DNA of 64,000 bases from Octopus sinensis (lineage: Eukaryota). The stretch covers positions 71,982,001-72,046,000 of the forward strand of contig NC_043002.1 in assembly GCF_006345805.1 (NCBI RefSeq), given 5' to 3'. The translations under genes were made by a program, and so were the position numbers. The notes beneath the pieces were generated by a model. That model was not told the origin of the DNA, searched no databases, and was given only the letters and a program-made list of their open reading frames with translations. The stretch's first letter is position 1; each line of letters starts with the position of its first letter. Below, one piece after another: positions 1 to 12,329 of this stretch.

Positions 1-2
1 TA

Positions 3-33
<31 letters not shown>

Positions 34-500
34 GAATGAGAGAGCAGTGCATGCCATCAAAGTGACACAGGGATAAAATATACGAAGCCCAGTATACCCG
101 TCTGATCAGGGTACACCAGGCACATGCATCACAACCATATGTGTGCAACATGGTGATCTCATATCAAGATAAACAGCACAAGACCTTGCAGGTGGGGCCC
201 AGTTAGAATTTTCTTCTGGGTCAAGTAACCCATCCCGCTCAAAAGGTCCCTGAATAAGGGTTGTTTAAGGATGTTGAACGAACCACCCATGTTTCCAAAG
301 GTGAATTATCCAGACCTCTAAAAATTCCTTTCAACATACGGCTATTATACTCCCCCACTACTTCTGCTCGTGATCAGAGATGCACATATCGTCAGCCACC
401 AAGAGCCATGCTCAACTGGTTAAGGTCAAACCACTGACAAGCAAATCTGTAGTATTGAGCAGAATATTTGCTGTAACCCATCTCTTATACCAAGACAAAA
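34..500 (-). mobile_element. Probable 3' end of a non-LTR retroelement with (AAT)n tail
   Basis: Mixed-composition block ending directly in the (ATT)n run at 1-33, which reads as an (AAT)n tail on the minus strand. No diagnostic protein motif. Confidence 0.35.
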
Positions 501-1888
501 CAATGTATATAACTCTTCCAATTTGTTTTGTTATTATTGTTTTTGCTAAAGAATAATGATTCCCAGAAGCCATCTTCATAGAAAAATAATTTGTCCAGTT
601 AATGTTAATATATTTAATGTAGAAAGTATGTTCTGGATTGTATACCATACAAATTAATATTAGTCATACGAGGTTTATTTTTTTTCTCACTACATAATTA
701 GTTTGAGTCATTAGAATTCCATTCAGTATTTTTTTCTAGCTTAACTTTTAATATTCCTGGCATCAAGTATATTATTTCTGACTTAGCTATTCGTATTTCA
801 TGTGATTGGCGTCCTTGAATTATTTATTCTCTAAATGATTATTTTCTATGCCAATCTGACTACAATCTTCTACATTTACTTAGTGATTATTTTATCACTG
901 CTTCTGCAAATACCCTGAGGACGATGCGCCGATAATGATGTTATAATAATGTCGAAACTTGTCTAGAGTTATTTCCCGTGATTGCCAGAAGACAATGTAA
1001 ATATGAGCCATTGACTAATATTTCTCTTTTCGTACCAGTTAGATTTTTAATGTTCCTATTAACTTGCATTAAATATAGTAATACTTGCATTACATGTAGA
1101 AATAGTACCAAGTGTTGTTTGGTAGGTTTTATTGATTTGTTAGTTAGTCTTGAGACAGTCAGACAGACAGACTGACAGGCAGACAGACAGACAGACAGAC
1201 AAAAAAAGATGTAGATAATTAGTGTCACAGCCTAATATAATTTAAACGCATCACATACAGCGCTAATTAAGATAAAGTCGACATAAGATGTTATATTATC
1301 TTTTTTCGCTGGACGATAGTATTCATAGGCTGAGTTAATTGTGTGTGTATATGAGTGGGTGGGTGTTTATGTGAGTGTCTTTGCACGTGTTCCTGAGTAT
1401 TGTTGTTTGTTTTTTTATTCCTTCGGTATTCATATAGATGTGAGATTATACCTAAATAAAGCCTTCACTGAAATAAAAGAATTGGCTGACTTTATTTCAT
1501 AAGAAACAACGGAGGAAGAATCTTAGCATCATTCCGACGGGCCTTCAAGATTTCTAAGGCAACCTTCAGGCATCATCTACTAAAATTGTGCAACCAGAAA
1601 ACAACATCTTAAGGTTTAGTTTGTTGTCCCTGATGTTTCATGCGAGCCGAGCAATACGTAACGAGGCTAAATCAGAAATAATCTGAGGTAGAAGCACAAA
1701 GCATCGCGAATGTCTTCCGGTAACTTGAGAATGGTTCGATATCGACAGTATTTATAACCTCTATTGATAACACCATTGTTCCAAAGATATGAGTTTGCAA
1801 TCCAAAAGCACAATAGAGTAACAAAATATTGATTGAAGGAAAAAACTCAAAGAAAGCTTGAAAGTCCCAAAATCTGTTACAAAATGTC

Positions 1889-2261
1889 TACTCTTTTACT
1901 CTTTTACTTGTTTCAGTCATTTGACTGTGGCCATGCTGGAGCACCGCCTTTAGCCGAGCATGTCAACCCCAGGGCTTATTCTTTGGAAGCCTAGTACTTA
2001 TTCTATCAGTCTCTTTTTCCGAATCGCTAAGCGATGTTGGGGGACAAACACAGACACACAAACATATACACACACACATATATACACATACATATATACG
2101 ACGGGCTTCTTTCTGTTCCTGTCTACCACATCCACTCACAAGGCTTTGGTCGGCCCGAGGCTATAGTAGAAGACACTTGCCCAAGGTGCCACGCTGTGGG
2201 ACTGAACCCGAAACCATGTGGTTGGTAAACATGCTACTTACCACACAGCCACTCCTAGGCC
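1889..2261 (-). mobile_element. tRNA-derived SINE, family A (Octopus OR/OK-like)
   Basis: Minus strand: tRNA-like head (GGAGTGGCTGTGTGGTAAG...GGTTTCGGGTTCAGTCCC), internal TA/TG tract, tail GGCGGTGCTCCAGCATGGCCACAGTCAAATGACTGAAAC and (AAGAGTA)n. Recurs more than 10 times in the window. Confidence 0.85.
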
Positions 2262-2578
2262 TATGTAATATCTATGAGGAAAGCATTTGTATTATCAGCT
2301 GCTGCCCCAAACGTCATAAATGACCAACCTCTCGATACGACATCGCGTTGTTGCTAAAATGATGTATAGTATCGGCTGTAAGGAAGAGAAGACTATTCTA
2401 CGAGAGATATAAAATCATATTTCCGATATTGGATACATCCAGACATTCCATTACAAGAAATAATGGTGAAACAAAATCACATGGAAATATCAAGCCAAGA
2501 CAGGAAACAAAATATAGGTTCTGCTATAGCGGTCATCCACGTTATCGATTTTGATGCTTCACTCAAAAGTAATGAGAA

Positions 2579-2811
2579 TACTCTTTTACTTGTTTCAGTC
2601 ATTTGACTGCGGCCATGCTGGAGCACCGCCTTTAGTCGAACAAATCGACCCCATAACTTATTCTTTGTAAGTCTAGTACTTATTCTATCAGTCACTTTTA
2701 CCGACCTGCTAAATGTTACGGGGTCGTAAACATACTAACATCGGTTGTCGAGCGATGGGAAAGCGCAGGGAGCAAACACAGACACAGCTGTATATATATA
2801 CATACAAGCAT

Positions 2812-2854
<43 letters not shown>

Positions 2855-3023
2855 GATGGGCTTCTTTCAGTTTCCGTCTACCAAATCCACTCACAACTGT
2901 TTGATAGATAGCGCGTGGTTATCTATAGTAGAAGACACATGCCAAAGGTGTAACGCAGTGGGACCGAACCCGGAACTATGTGATTGGTATGGAAGCTACT
3001 TACCACAGAGCCACTCCTGCGCC
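2579..3023 (-). mobile_element. SINE family A
   Basis: Same head, body and tail as 1889-2261. Confidence 0.85.
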
Positions 3024-3903
3024 TATGAGCCACTCCTAGTAACATTTATGATAAAGTGCTTGGAAGCCTACAACTTTTGTCGACAGTTTATATATTTACG
3101 TTTGCCCCTAAACTTATTAGCACAATACTTGTCTACGTTATTGACTTTTTAAATGATTTTCCGTAAAAGCTGGGACCGTAAAGCAAGGAAAGCCACCCTC
3201 TTGTACGTATTCTGCAAATTCAATCTGAATACCTTAGAACATTTTGCTGATATTATTATCTAATTCCTGGAGACATAGCTCCGTTTCTTAGTTAGAAACC
3301 AGACTCATGATATAGCTGTCAGAGAAATGTAAAATAAAATATGAAAAGATATGAAACATACATAGATATATTAATATACAAACAGGGTAGATACACACAG
3401 GCATATATAAACATATTTGCTCATATACCAACATCTTTTTAAGAGGAAACGTAATTACAAACGTTGTCTCAATACACAAAAGAAGAGTAAACCAAATAAA
3501 AGACACGACCATCATTCAGATATGTTATTCACCTTGAAGCTGTTTACAAATGAAATCTCAACCGGTTACGCTGTTCTCAACATAGTCAATGTTTGTCATT
3601 GAGATATTTATATAGAATGTAGCAAATTACTCAAGAAATGATGTTCTGTTTTGTAGAAGTGAAGTAAGAACAAAGGAAATTATATAATATAGCCTATAAT
3701 TTGGACGCCATACAAAAGTGAGTGAATCAATAACAGATGCTTTATATCATATACAGCTACTTAGAGATAAAAATGTTTCTATAGATCCGATTTGCAAGTA
3801 TAAGGTGATTGTAGATTACCTAGGATGCACACACACACACACACATACACACACAAACCCACATATATATGTGTATGCATGTATATATATATACACACAT
3901 ACA

Positions 3904-4130
3904 TTCTTTCATTACTTGCTTCAGTCATTTGACTGTGACCATGCTGGAGCACCACAATGACGAGTTTTAGATGAAAATATTGCCCTCCCCACCACACCGG
4001 GATTTATTTTTAAAGCCTAGTAGTTATTCTATTGATCCCCTAATTTACGAGAAAGTAAACACACCAATACCAGTTGTCAAGAGATAGTGAAGCGGGGAAA
4101 ACACGGACAAAAAGGACACACACACAAATA
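3904..4130 (-). mobile_element. SINE family A, 3' half
   Basis: CAGTCATTTGACTGTGACCATGCTGGAGCACC tail plus diverged body. Confidence 0.6.
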
Positions 4131-4174
4131 TATACATACATGTATATATATATGTGTGCATGTATGTGTATGTC

Positions 4175-4246
<72 letters not shown>

Positions 4247-4480
4247 TGTATGTATGTATGTATGTATGTATGTGTGTATGTATGCATGTATGTATGTTTG
4301 TATGTTTGTATGTATGTATAGTCTATATAATTTAATATTTGACTCAGAATAGTAATTATAGACATTTATTTGATAAAATTTAATTCTTATATATCTGTAT
4401 TATAGATAATGTCGTTCAATCTTGTTTGAGTTCCTTGAAGGTGGTTCTGTCTCTTAAACCTATATATATGTGTGTGTGAG

Positions 4481-4553
<73 letters not shown>

Positions 4554-4577
4554 TGTGTGTGTGTGTGTGCGTATTTG

Positions 4578-4612
<35 letters not shown>

Positions 4613-4622
4613 GGTAAAACAA

Positions 4623-5395
4623 CTAGTTTTAAATCTCTGAATGAGATCTAAGTAGTAAATATACTTCATAGTAAAGTCTATTTGCCATCGTAATGTGGCA
4701 GTACTGCTCATGAACATGTTACTGCATATTAATCCAAGGAAAACATCTTGTTGTCGACACACAATCTACGTCTGAAATATACTGTGAGCAAGGGACCGCA
4801 CTGCTTTTTCCTGGGCACTAGCAGTACCAACAGACTAATGGTTTCTGGGTAATTTCCCTTCCTCGGTGCTGGACAACCGCCGGCTAGAGATAGCAGCTTA
4901 CTTGACCTAAGAGTATATAATATAGAAGTGACAGACTGTCACTGACCTCGTAATGAATAATACAGCTAGTTTTAAATCTCTGAATGAGATCTAAGTAGTA
5001 AATATACTTCATAGTAAAGTCTATTTGCCATCGTAATGTGGCAGTACTGCTCATGAACATGTTACTGCATATTAATCCAAGGAAAACATCTTGTTGTCGA
5101 CACACAATCTACGTCTGAAATATACTGTGAGCAAGGGACCGCACTGCTTTTTCCTGGGCACTAGCAGTACCAACAGACTAATGGTTTCTGGGTAATTTCC
5201 CTTCCTCGGTGCTGGACAACCGCCGGCTAGAGATAGCAGCTTACTTGACCTAAGAGTATATAAATATAGAAGTGACAGACTGTCACTGACCTCGTAATGA
5301 ATAATACAGCTAGTTTTAAATCTCTGAATGAGATCAAAGCAGTAACTATACTTCACAGTAAAATGTATTTGCCAACGTAAAGAAACAGTCCTGCG
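4623..5395. repeat. Tandem repeat, 343/344-bp unit (2 near-identical copies plus a diverged partial third)
   Basis: CTAGTTTTAAATCTCTGAATGAGATC begins at 4623, 4966 and 5310. Confidence 0.9.
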
Positions 5396-5603
5396 TAAGA
5401 TCATATTACATCCTTTTTACCCTAGGCAAACAGCTTTTCCAACCGGTTATATGATACCATATTTCAGACACAAATTGTGTGTCGACAGCCAGCTGGAAAA
5501 GTTGTTTTCCTGATGTTACAATGTAATAACATGGTATGGTCCTAAGCAGGCTGGCAAGCAAGCTTCTTACCATACACCCACGCCTGCGCCTATATGTATA
5601 TAT

Positions 5604-5639
<36 letters not shown>

Positions 5640-5715
5640 GGGAGAATTCACAAAAAAAAACAAAAGATGAAGACAGGTGATCTAGACAACACACAGATGT
5701 ATTAGTCTTGTCTCT
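5640..5715 (-). mobile_element. Short 3'-terminal fragment of a Penelope-like element (second copy at 7532)
   Basis: Matches the start of 36852-37030 and resembles the terminus (48536-48610) of the PLE at 48.5-51.4 kb. Abuts (TA)n. Confidence 0.55.
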
Positions 5716-6142
5716 ATCTGACGCTTCAAACATGTTAACATATTATCATGTTTCATCTAAGATTACAGTATTATTACTTGTTTGTAACTACTAGCCATGC
5801 AGTAACCAACAGGTTATTTTTCTTTTTCCTTTTTTGGATTTTGAGAGGGCCTATTAGTGATCAATCAGAGGGCGGAATGAACCAGCGTAAGACTGCACAA
5901 ACATTTGGAGTTTCTCTGGTCATTCATAGTCAACAGATTGATTATACAGGTCACCACCAAAGGAAAGGAAACAACGGCATCTGTCTTTGGTCGATCTGAG
6001 TCGTAAGGTTGGTGACTTCGGGCTCTCAACTGTCTTGTTGAAAATAATCCCCGCAGTTGCACAGTCGGAGTAATTCTGTGAGACACCTCCATCAACTTGG
6101 TTACTATAGCTGAGCAGCTAGAAAGAAACCTCTTCTTCAACG

Positions 6143-6921
6143 AGGCGGCGAGCTAGCAGAACGTTAGCACGCCGGGCGATATGCTTAGCGGTATTTCTTC
6201 TGTCTTTACGTTATGAGTTCAAATTCTGCCGAGGTCGACTTTGCCTTTCATCCTTTCGGGGTCGATTAAATAAGTACCAATTACGCACTGGGATCGATAT
6301 ATCGACTTAATCCGTTTTTCTGTCCTTGATTGTCCTCTCTGCGTTTAGCCCCTTGTTGGTAATAAAGAAATAGGTATTTCGTCTGCCGTTACATTCTGTG
6401 TTCAAATTCCGCCGAGGTCGACTTTGCCTTTCATCCTTTCGGGGTCGATTAAAAAAGTACTAGTTACGCACTGGGGTCGATATAATCGACTTAATCCGTT
6501 TGTCTGTCCTTGTTTGTCCTCTCTGCGTTTAGCCCCTTGTTGGTAATAAAGAATAGGTATTTCGTCTGCCGTTACATTCTGTGTTCAAATTCCGCGAGGT
6601 CGACTTTGCCTTTCATCCTTTCGGGGTCGATTAAAAAAGTACTAGTTACGCACTGGGGTCGATATAATCGACTTAATCCGTTTGTCTGTCCTTTTTTTGT
6701 CCTCTCTGTGTTTAGCCCCTTGTAGGTAGTAAAGAAATAGGTATTTCGTCCGTCTTACGTTATGAGTTCAAATTCCGCTGAGGTCTACTTTGCCTTTCAT
6801 CCTTTCGGGGTCGATTAAATAAGTAACAGTTACGCACTGGGGTCGATGTAATCGACTTAATCCGTTTGTATGTCCTTGTTTGTCCCCCCTCTGTGTAGCC
6901 CCTTGTGGGCAGTAAAGAAAT
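6143..6921 (+). mobile_element. tRNA-derived SINE, family B, tetrameric array
   Basis: Head AGGCGGCGAGCTAGCAGAACGTTAGC, then 4 units starting GTATTTC at 6191, 6374, 6557 and 6741. Each has a B-box-like (G)TTCAAATTC and GAGGTCGACTTTGCCTTTCATCCTTTCGGGGTCGAT. Confidence 0.85.
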
Positions 6922-7495
6922 AAGAAACCTCTTCATCGACCTGCAAATATCCAAAGGAATGAAAAATAAATATTTTTAAATGATGGCTTCTATTTACCTG
7001 TGAGATGTCTGTGTATATACAAACGTACATATACATACATACGCATACTTTCACGACAGAATACAACTGATACATACTTACCAACGCGGTCGCACGCGCA
7101 CACACGGGCACACATACACACGCACAGACACACAACACACACACACACACACATATAGACACCTGTACACACACTGATGTATAAGTAGACATATATACCA
7201 CTTGCATTCGCTCTCCGGTCTTTGAACATTATATCGAGCCAACCATTCGATTTCCGGTTAGTCCACCAGGTTAATATGTAAACCAGTTTAGCGTGGACAT
7301 TTTAGCCTGGATTATTCCTTTTATTCGCCTTTTCTTTTTCCCTTGCTTTCGTAGTTTCATTCCACTCTACATCCTATCCTGTAGGAATCCGTTGCTAAAA
7401 GGCCATAGCATTAATCTTTCCATTTCGCTGAGCGTCAAAAATAATTGAATAGTTTTCGTTGTCAACTTATCCGATCGTATGCTTTTCTTCGCTAT

Positions 7496-7531
<36 letters not shown>

Positions 7532-8034
7532 GGGAGAATTCACAAAAAAAAACAAAAGATGAAGACAGGTGATCTAGACAACACACAGATGTATTAGTCT
7601 TGTCTCTATCTGACGCTTCAAACATGTTAACATATTATCATGTTTCATCTAAGATTACAGTATTATTACTTGTTTGTAACTACTAGCCATGCAGTAACCA
7701 ACAGGTTATTTTTCTTTTTCTTTTTTTGGATTTTGAGAGGGCCTATTAGTGATCAATCAGAGGGCGGAATGAACCAGCGTAAGACTGCACAAACATTTGG
7801 AGTTTCTCTGGTCATTCATAGTCAACAGATTGATTATACAGGTCACCACCAAAGGAAAGGAAACAACGGCATCTGTCTTTGGTCGATCTGAGTCGTAAGG
7901 TTGGTGACTTCGGGCTCTCAACTGTCTTGTTGAAAATAATCCCCGCAGTTGCACAGTCGGAGTAATTCTGTGAGACACCTCCATCAACTTGGTTACTATA
8001 GCTGAGCAGCTAGAAAGAAACCTCTTCTTCAACG

Positions 8035-8818
8035 AGGCGGCGAGCTAGCAGAAACGTTAGCACGCCGGGCGATATGCTTAGCGGTATTTCTTCTGTCTTT
8101 ACGTTATGAGTTCAAATTCTGCCGAGGTCGACTTTGCCTTTTCATCCTTTCGGGGTCGATTAAATAAGTACCAATTACGCACTGGGATCGATATAATCGA
8201 CTTAATCCGTTTTTCTGTCCTTGATTGACCTCTCTGCGTTTAGCCCCTTGTTGGTAATAAAGAAATAGGTATTTCGTCTGCCGTTACATTCTGTGTTCAA
8301 ATTCCGCCGAGGTCGACTTTGCCTTTCATCCTTTCGGGGTCGATTAAAAAAGTACTAGTTACGCACTGGGGTCGATATAATCGACTTAATCCGTTTGTCT
8401 GTCCTTGTTTGTCCTCTCTGCGTTTAGCCCCTTGTTGGTAATAAAGAAATAGGTATTTCGTCTGCCGTTACATTCTGTGTTCAAATTCCGCCGAGGTCGA
8501 CTTTGCCTTTCATCCTTTCGGGGTCGATTAAAAAAGTACTAGTTACGCACTGGGGTCGATATAATCGACTTAATCCGTTTGTCTGTCCTTTTTTTGTCCT
8601 CTCTGTGTTTAGCCCCTTGTAGGTAGTAAAGAAATAGGTATTTCGTCCGTCTTACGTTATGAGTTCAAATTCCGCTGAGGTCTACTTTGCCTTTCATCCT
8701 TTCGGGGTCGATTAAATAAGTAACAGTTACGCACTGGGGTCGATGTAATCGACTTAATCCGTTTGTATGTCCTTGTTTGTCCCCCCTCTGTGTAGCCCCT
8801 TGTGGGCAGTAAAGAAAT
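8035..8818 (+). mobile_element. SINE family B tetrameric array (duplicate of 6143-6921)
   Basis: Part of the 1.85-kb duplication. Confidence 0.85.
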
Positions 8819-9553
8819 AAGAAACCTCTTCATCGACCTGCAAATATCCAAAGGAATGAAAAATAAATATTTTTAAATGATGGCTTCTATTTACCTGTGA
8901 GATGTCTGTGTATATACAAACGTACATATACATACATACGCATACTTTCACGACAGAATACAACTGATACATACTTACCAACGCGGTCGCACGCGCACAC
9001 ACGGGCACACATACACACGCACAGACACACAAACACACACACACACACATATAGACACCTGTACACACACTGATGTATAAGTAGACATATATACCACTTG
9101 CATTCGCTCTCCGGTCTTTGAACATTATATCGAGCCAACCATTCGATTTCCGGTTAGTCCACCAGGTTAATATGTAAACCAGTTTAGCGTGGACATTTTA
9201 GCCTGGATTATTCCTTTTATTCGCCTTTTCTTTTTCCCTTGCTTTCGTAGTTTCATTCCACTCTACATCCTATCCTGTAGGAATCCGTTGCTAAAAAGGC
9301 CATAGCATTAATCTTTCCATTTCGCTGAGCGTCAAAAATAATTGAATAGTTTTCGTTGTCAACTTATCCGATCGTATGCTTTTCTTCGCTATATATATAT
9401 ATATATATATATATATTACAATAAGCAATGGGAGTGATGAGAGCAGCTTCGAAGTTTCAGCCTGCTACTCTTCATCGAGCTGTATGTAAATATGTAATCT
9501 ACAAAAATGTATTGAGCAATCCTTCAGTTTAATTAGAACTCAATGAAAAAGCA

Positions 9554-9594
<41 letters not shown>

Positions 9595-9713
9595 CACCCA
9601 GTTCTTTCAGTGTCGCCATCTCTCGGGAATCTCAGACATCGATGTTTCGAGTTTTTTTATACTCTTGTCAATGTTTTTGTGTGCCATACTGCAACTACTA
9701 CAGGTGCAACTAA

Positions 9714-9715
<2 letters not shown>

Positions 9716-9760
<45 letters not shown>

Positions 9761-9828
9761 CTAGTAGTAGTAGTAGTAGTAGCAGCAGCAGCACCAGCAG
9801 CACCAGCACCAGCACCAGCACCAGCAGC

Positions 9829-9861
<33 letters not shown>
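9716..9861. repeat. Compound microsatellite (TAG)n-(CAG)n-(CACCAG)n-(TAG)n
   Basis: Directly visible. Explains the poly-Ser and poly-Val ORFs. Confidence 0.95.
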
Positions 9862-9862
<1 letters not shown>

Positions 9863-10552
9863 CCTAAGAGAGGCAGTCTCTGAACGAACTTAATAAAGCT
9901 ATACCTTTATATATAATTCAGTCAACACATTGACTAATTTGAGTAGAATTAGGGCGCAAGCAAACAAAACAATGCAGGATGGACGTACGAAAGTAAACAA
10001 ATGGAATCTGAAACGTTAGACGAATACAACAAATAATGCCTTGTGGCCAAACACGAGGAATATGGATTAACGCCTGGCGTAGGAGCAGCTGGTTAACCAG
10101 AATGCAACACCAGTTGGTCTGGACTGTTACAGTGAGAAGATGTGGGTTTCGGCTCCGTGAATAGAAGAAAAGAACAAAAAGAAAAATTGTCGATTATGGC
10201 TCGCTATAGCGAGCAAAATACTGGGTTCTCATCACCGTAACGATGAATTGAAAATTTTTGCTTGAAAATTCTTTTTGTAAATTCTAGTGGGCGTATCTCG
10301 CCTGAAAAATACGAATAAGCCATTTGGATTACCTTTTTGGTGTATTATACAAAGGATTCTCTGTCTGTGCTATTTGCGAGGTTTTCCTTTTACTTTTCCC
10401 TTCTATTTTTTTCTGTCTTTCTAAATTTTGGTTCATTCCTTTCATTACTTTAATTTCAGTGTCCTCCCCTCCTCTTTTATTTTGCTTTATTTTTATTCGG
10501 TTTAATTTTTTGGCAGACTGTCTTTTGAACTACTTTTGAACTGTTTTTTGAC

Positions 10553-11106
10553 ATGGCAGAGAAGGAACTTAAAAAGAAAAACTCTGTCTTAGAGTGGGAA
10601 ATTAACCCGCCTAAGCAGTGGTTAAAAGATATGGAGGAGAAGACGATGGTACTTAGAACTTATTCTAAAGTTCTTAATTCCATCACCGTCTTCCCAAAAC
10701 AAGTCATTAAAAATGAACTTAAAGAATATTTGTCCTCTTTAAAATATATATCCCGTGGTGTCAAACATGCAACCGTATGGTTGATGTGTGACAACGGGGA
10801 AAAGGCTCGCCAGTTTGCGAACCAGCCTTTAGAAGGCAAGGAAATTCTGTTCTTTCCGTCATGAAGTGGAAGAAAATGAATACGAGCCTGGGTATGTGGG
10901 TTACCCCCGGGCACCGAAGCCGATTGGATTGAAGATACCATGCGACGGGGACTGGGGAATGGCGAGCCCAGGCTCTTAAATGTAAGGGTATTGCCGGCAG
11001 TCGATTGGGAAGGGTCAAAAGCGATTTTGACACTGTGGACCCCATCGGCCGCTACAGATCTGGTTTTTCCAGATTTCTTGAAAATGGCTGGCTGCAGGTA
11101 TCTGGT

Positions 11107-11138
<32 letters not shown>

Positions 11139-12019
11139 ATTTGGCTCAAAAGCAAATAGCAAGGCCATGTAGGGGGACATGGAGTTAAGTACAAGGTGGT
11201 GTTCATGTAAAGAGTTCAGGCCACTTGAGGTCCAGGGAGGCTTTGAACAAAGCGGTCGTCGGCATCTTCCCCATCTCGTCTGGCAGCTTGTTCCACGGTT
11301 CCGCAACCCGGACGTTCCCTCAAGTGTCACTCGTGCCTGCAGCCAGGCCACATTAAAAGGAACTGCCCCCAGGACCATAGTAATGTCCTAGAACAGTCAC
11401 TAGATGCCACCTCCCCTACCCGGTCAAAGGGAGAGGTAGATGTGGTCGAGGAGGCTTCAGCCTCTTCAACTCAAAAAGGATTAAAAAGGAAGAAGGAGGG
11501 CAACAGTAGTTGCCCGCCGAAGGAACCTAAGGCTTCAGGAGGCGGGAGAGAGTCTCCGGACAAAGCAAAAGAGCTCCACTCTCCCGAAGTCAGAAAGAAA
11601 AGAAAAACAGAAGGAAGAAGAACGGGTCATCTCAGCGGGGAGATGATGTGCCGTCTGCATGTCCTGAAGTTGTGCCACCCACGGTGGAAGAAACCACCCC
11701 AACCCTTAAAGATGATCAATTAATTATCTTTTTCTATAAGGGCGGGGAGGTGGAAAAAATAGTAGAAGAACATAAAGAGACAGTAGATATGCCCTTCACA
11801 CGGGATCCCGAATGGCCTCCGCAGATAGATGTGGAGGTTATAAGGTTTCCCTTGTGGAAAAGGCTTAAAGAATTTGGGGAGGAGTGTCGCATATGGCCGG
11901 GTGGCTCTTACACGACTTACATGTCCTACATGAGTGAGGCATGGGGAATGGCGGGATACAGGAAGTCAAGCGGCATTGAAGATAATGATGAATATATCGA
12001 TGGATATATCGAAGAGTAG
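10553..12019 (+). pseudogene. Disrupted gag/ORF1-like gene of a retroelement with one CCHC zinc knuckle
   Basis: Frame reads MAEKELKKK...ILFFPS*SGRK*IRAWVCGLPPGTEADW...RYLVIV, is interrupted by a CR1 insertion, and resumes with CHSCLQPGHIKRNC (CX2CX4HX4C, 11325-11366). A frameshift then leads to ...YIDGYIEE* at 12019. Confidence 0.7.
11109..11313 (-). mobile_element. 5'-truncated CR1-like LINE 3' end with (TAAC)n tail
   Basis: Minus strand encodes VRVAEPWNKLPDEMGKMPTTALFKASLDLKWPELFT* (11313-11203), a CR1/L2-type ORF2 C-terminus, then a short UTR and tetranucleotide tail. Confidence 0.85.
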
Positions 12020-12329
12020 GAGGTGAAAGACCTTCGTTATAGGGTTTGAAACCTCATCTTATTGTATTATTTTTAGTGGTTTATAACCTCAATTGTGTGT
12101 TTAAAAAAACATGTTAAGTAAGAGGTTTTAGTGTCTCCTTCTTGTAAGAGGTTTGAAACCTCATCTAGATTTTAAAAAGAAGAAAATATGCTTTCGAGAA
12201 AAATCCAATCTGCAGGTGTTGGGTTTCGTCATTTATTCATTCTATTTCATTTTCATTCATTAATGTGTTTGTCCAGCCCGCAAAGCTACACACTCTTTGT
12301 ACTGTCTATGATGACACATTTTATGAAAT

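Larger units (their letters stand above)
5640..9389. repeat. ~1.85-kb tandem duplication (5640-7492 / 7532-9389) separated by (TA)n
   Basis: Both copies start GGGAGAATTCACAAAAAAAAACAAAAGATG and end CTTTTCTTCGC. Differences seen are mainly 1-nt indels in homopolymers and microsatellite length. Confidence 0.95.

Noticed and set aside
5418-5525. 108-nt open exon-like segment ANSFSNRLYDTIFQTQIVCRQ..
   Set aside because: It is the inverted diverged copy of the 343-bp repeat, whose other copies have a stop in this frame.
6191-6921. CRISPR-like regular repeats
   Set aside because: Units are ~183-bp SINE bodies with no unique spacers and no cas genes, in a eukaryotic context.
11108-11138. Telomere-like (TTAG)n
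   Set aside because: It is the tetranucleotide tail of the adjacent CR1-like fragment, not TTAGGG.
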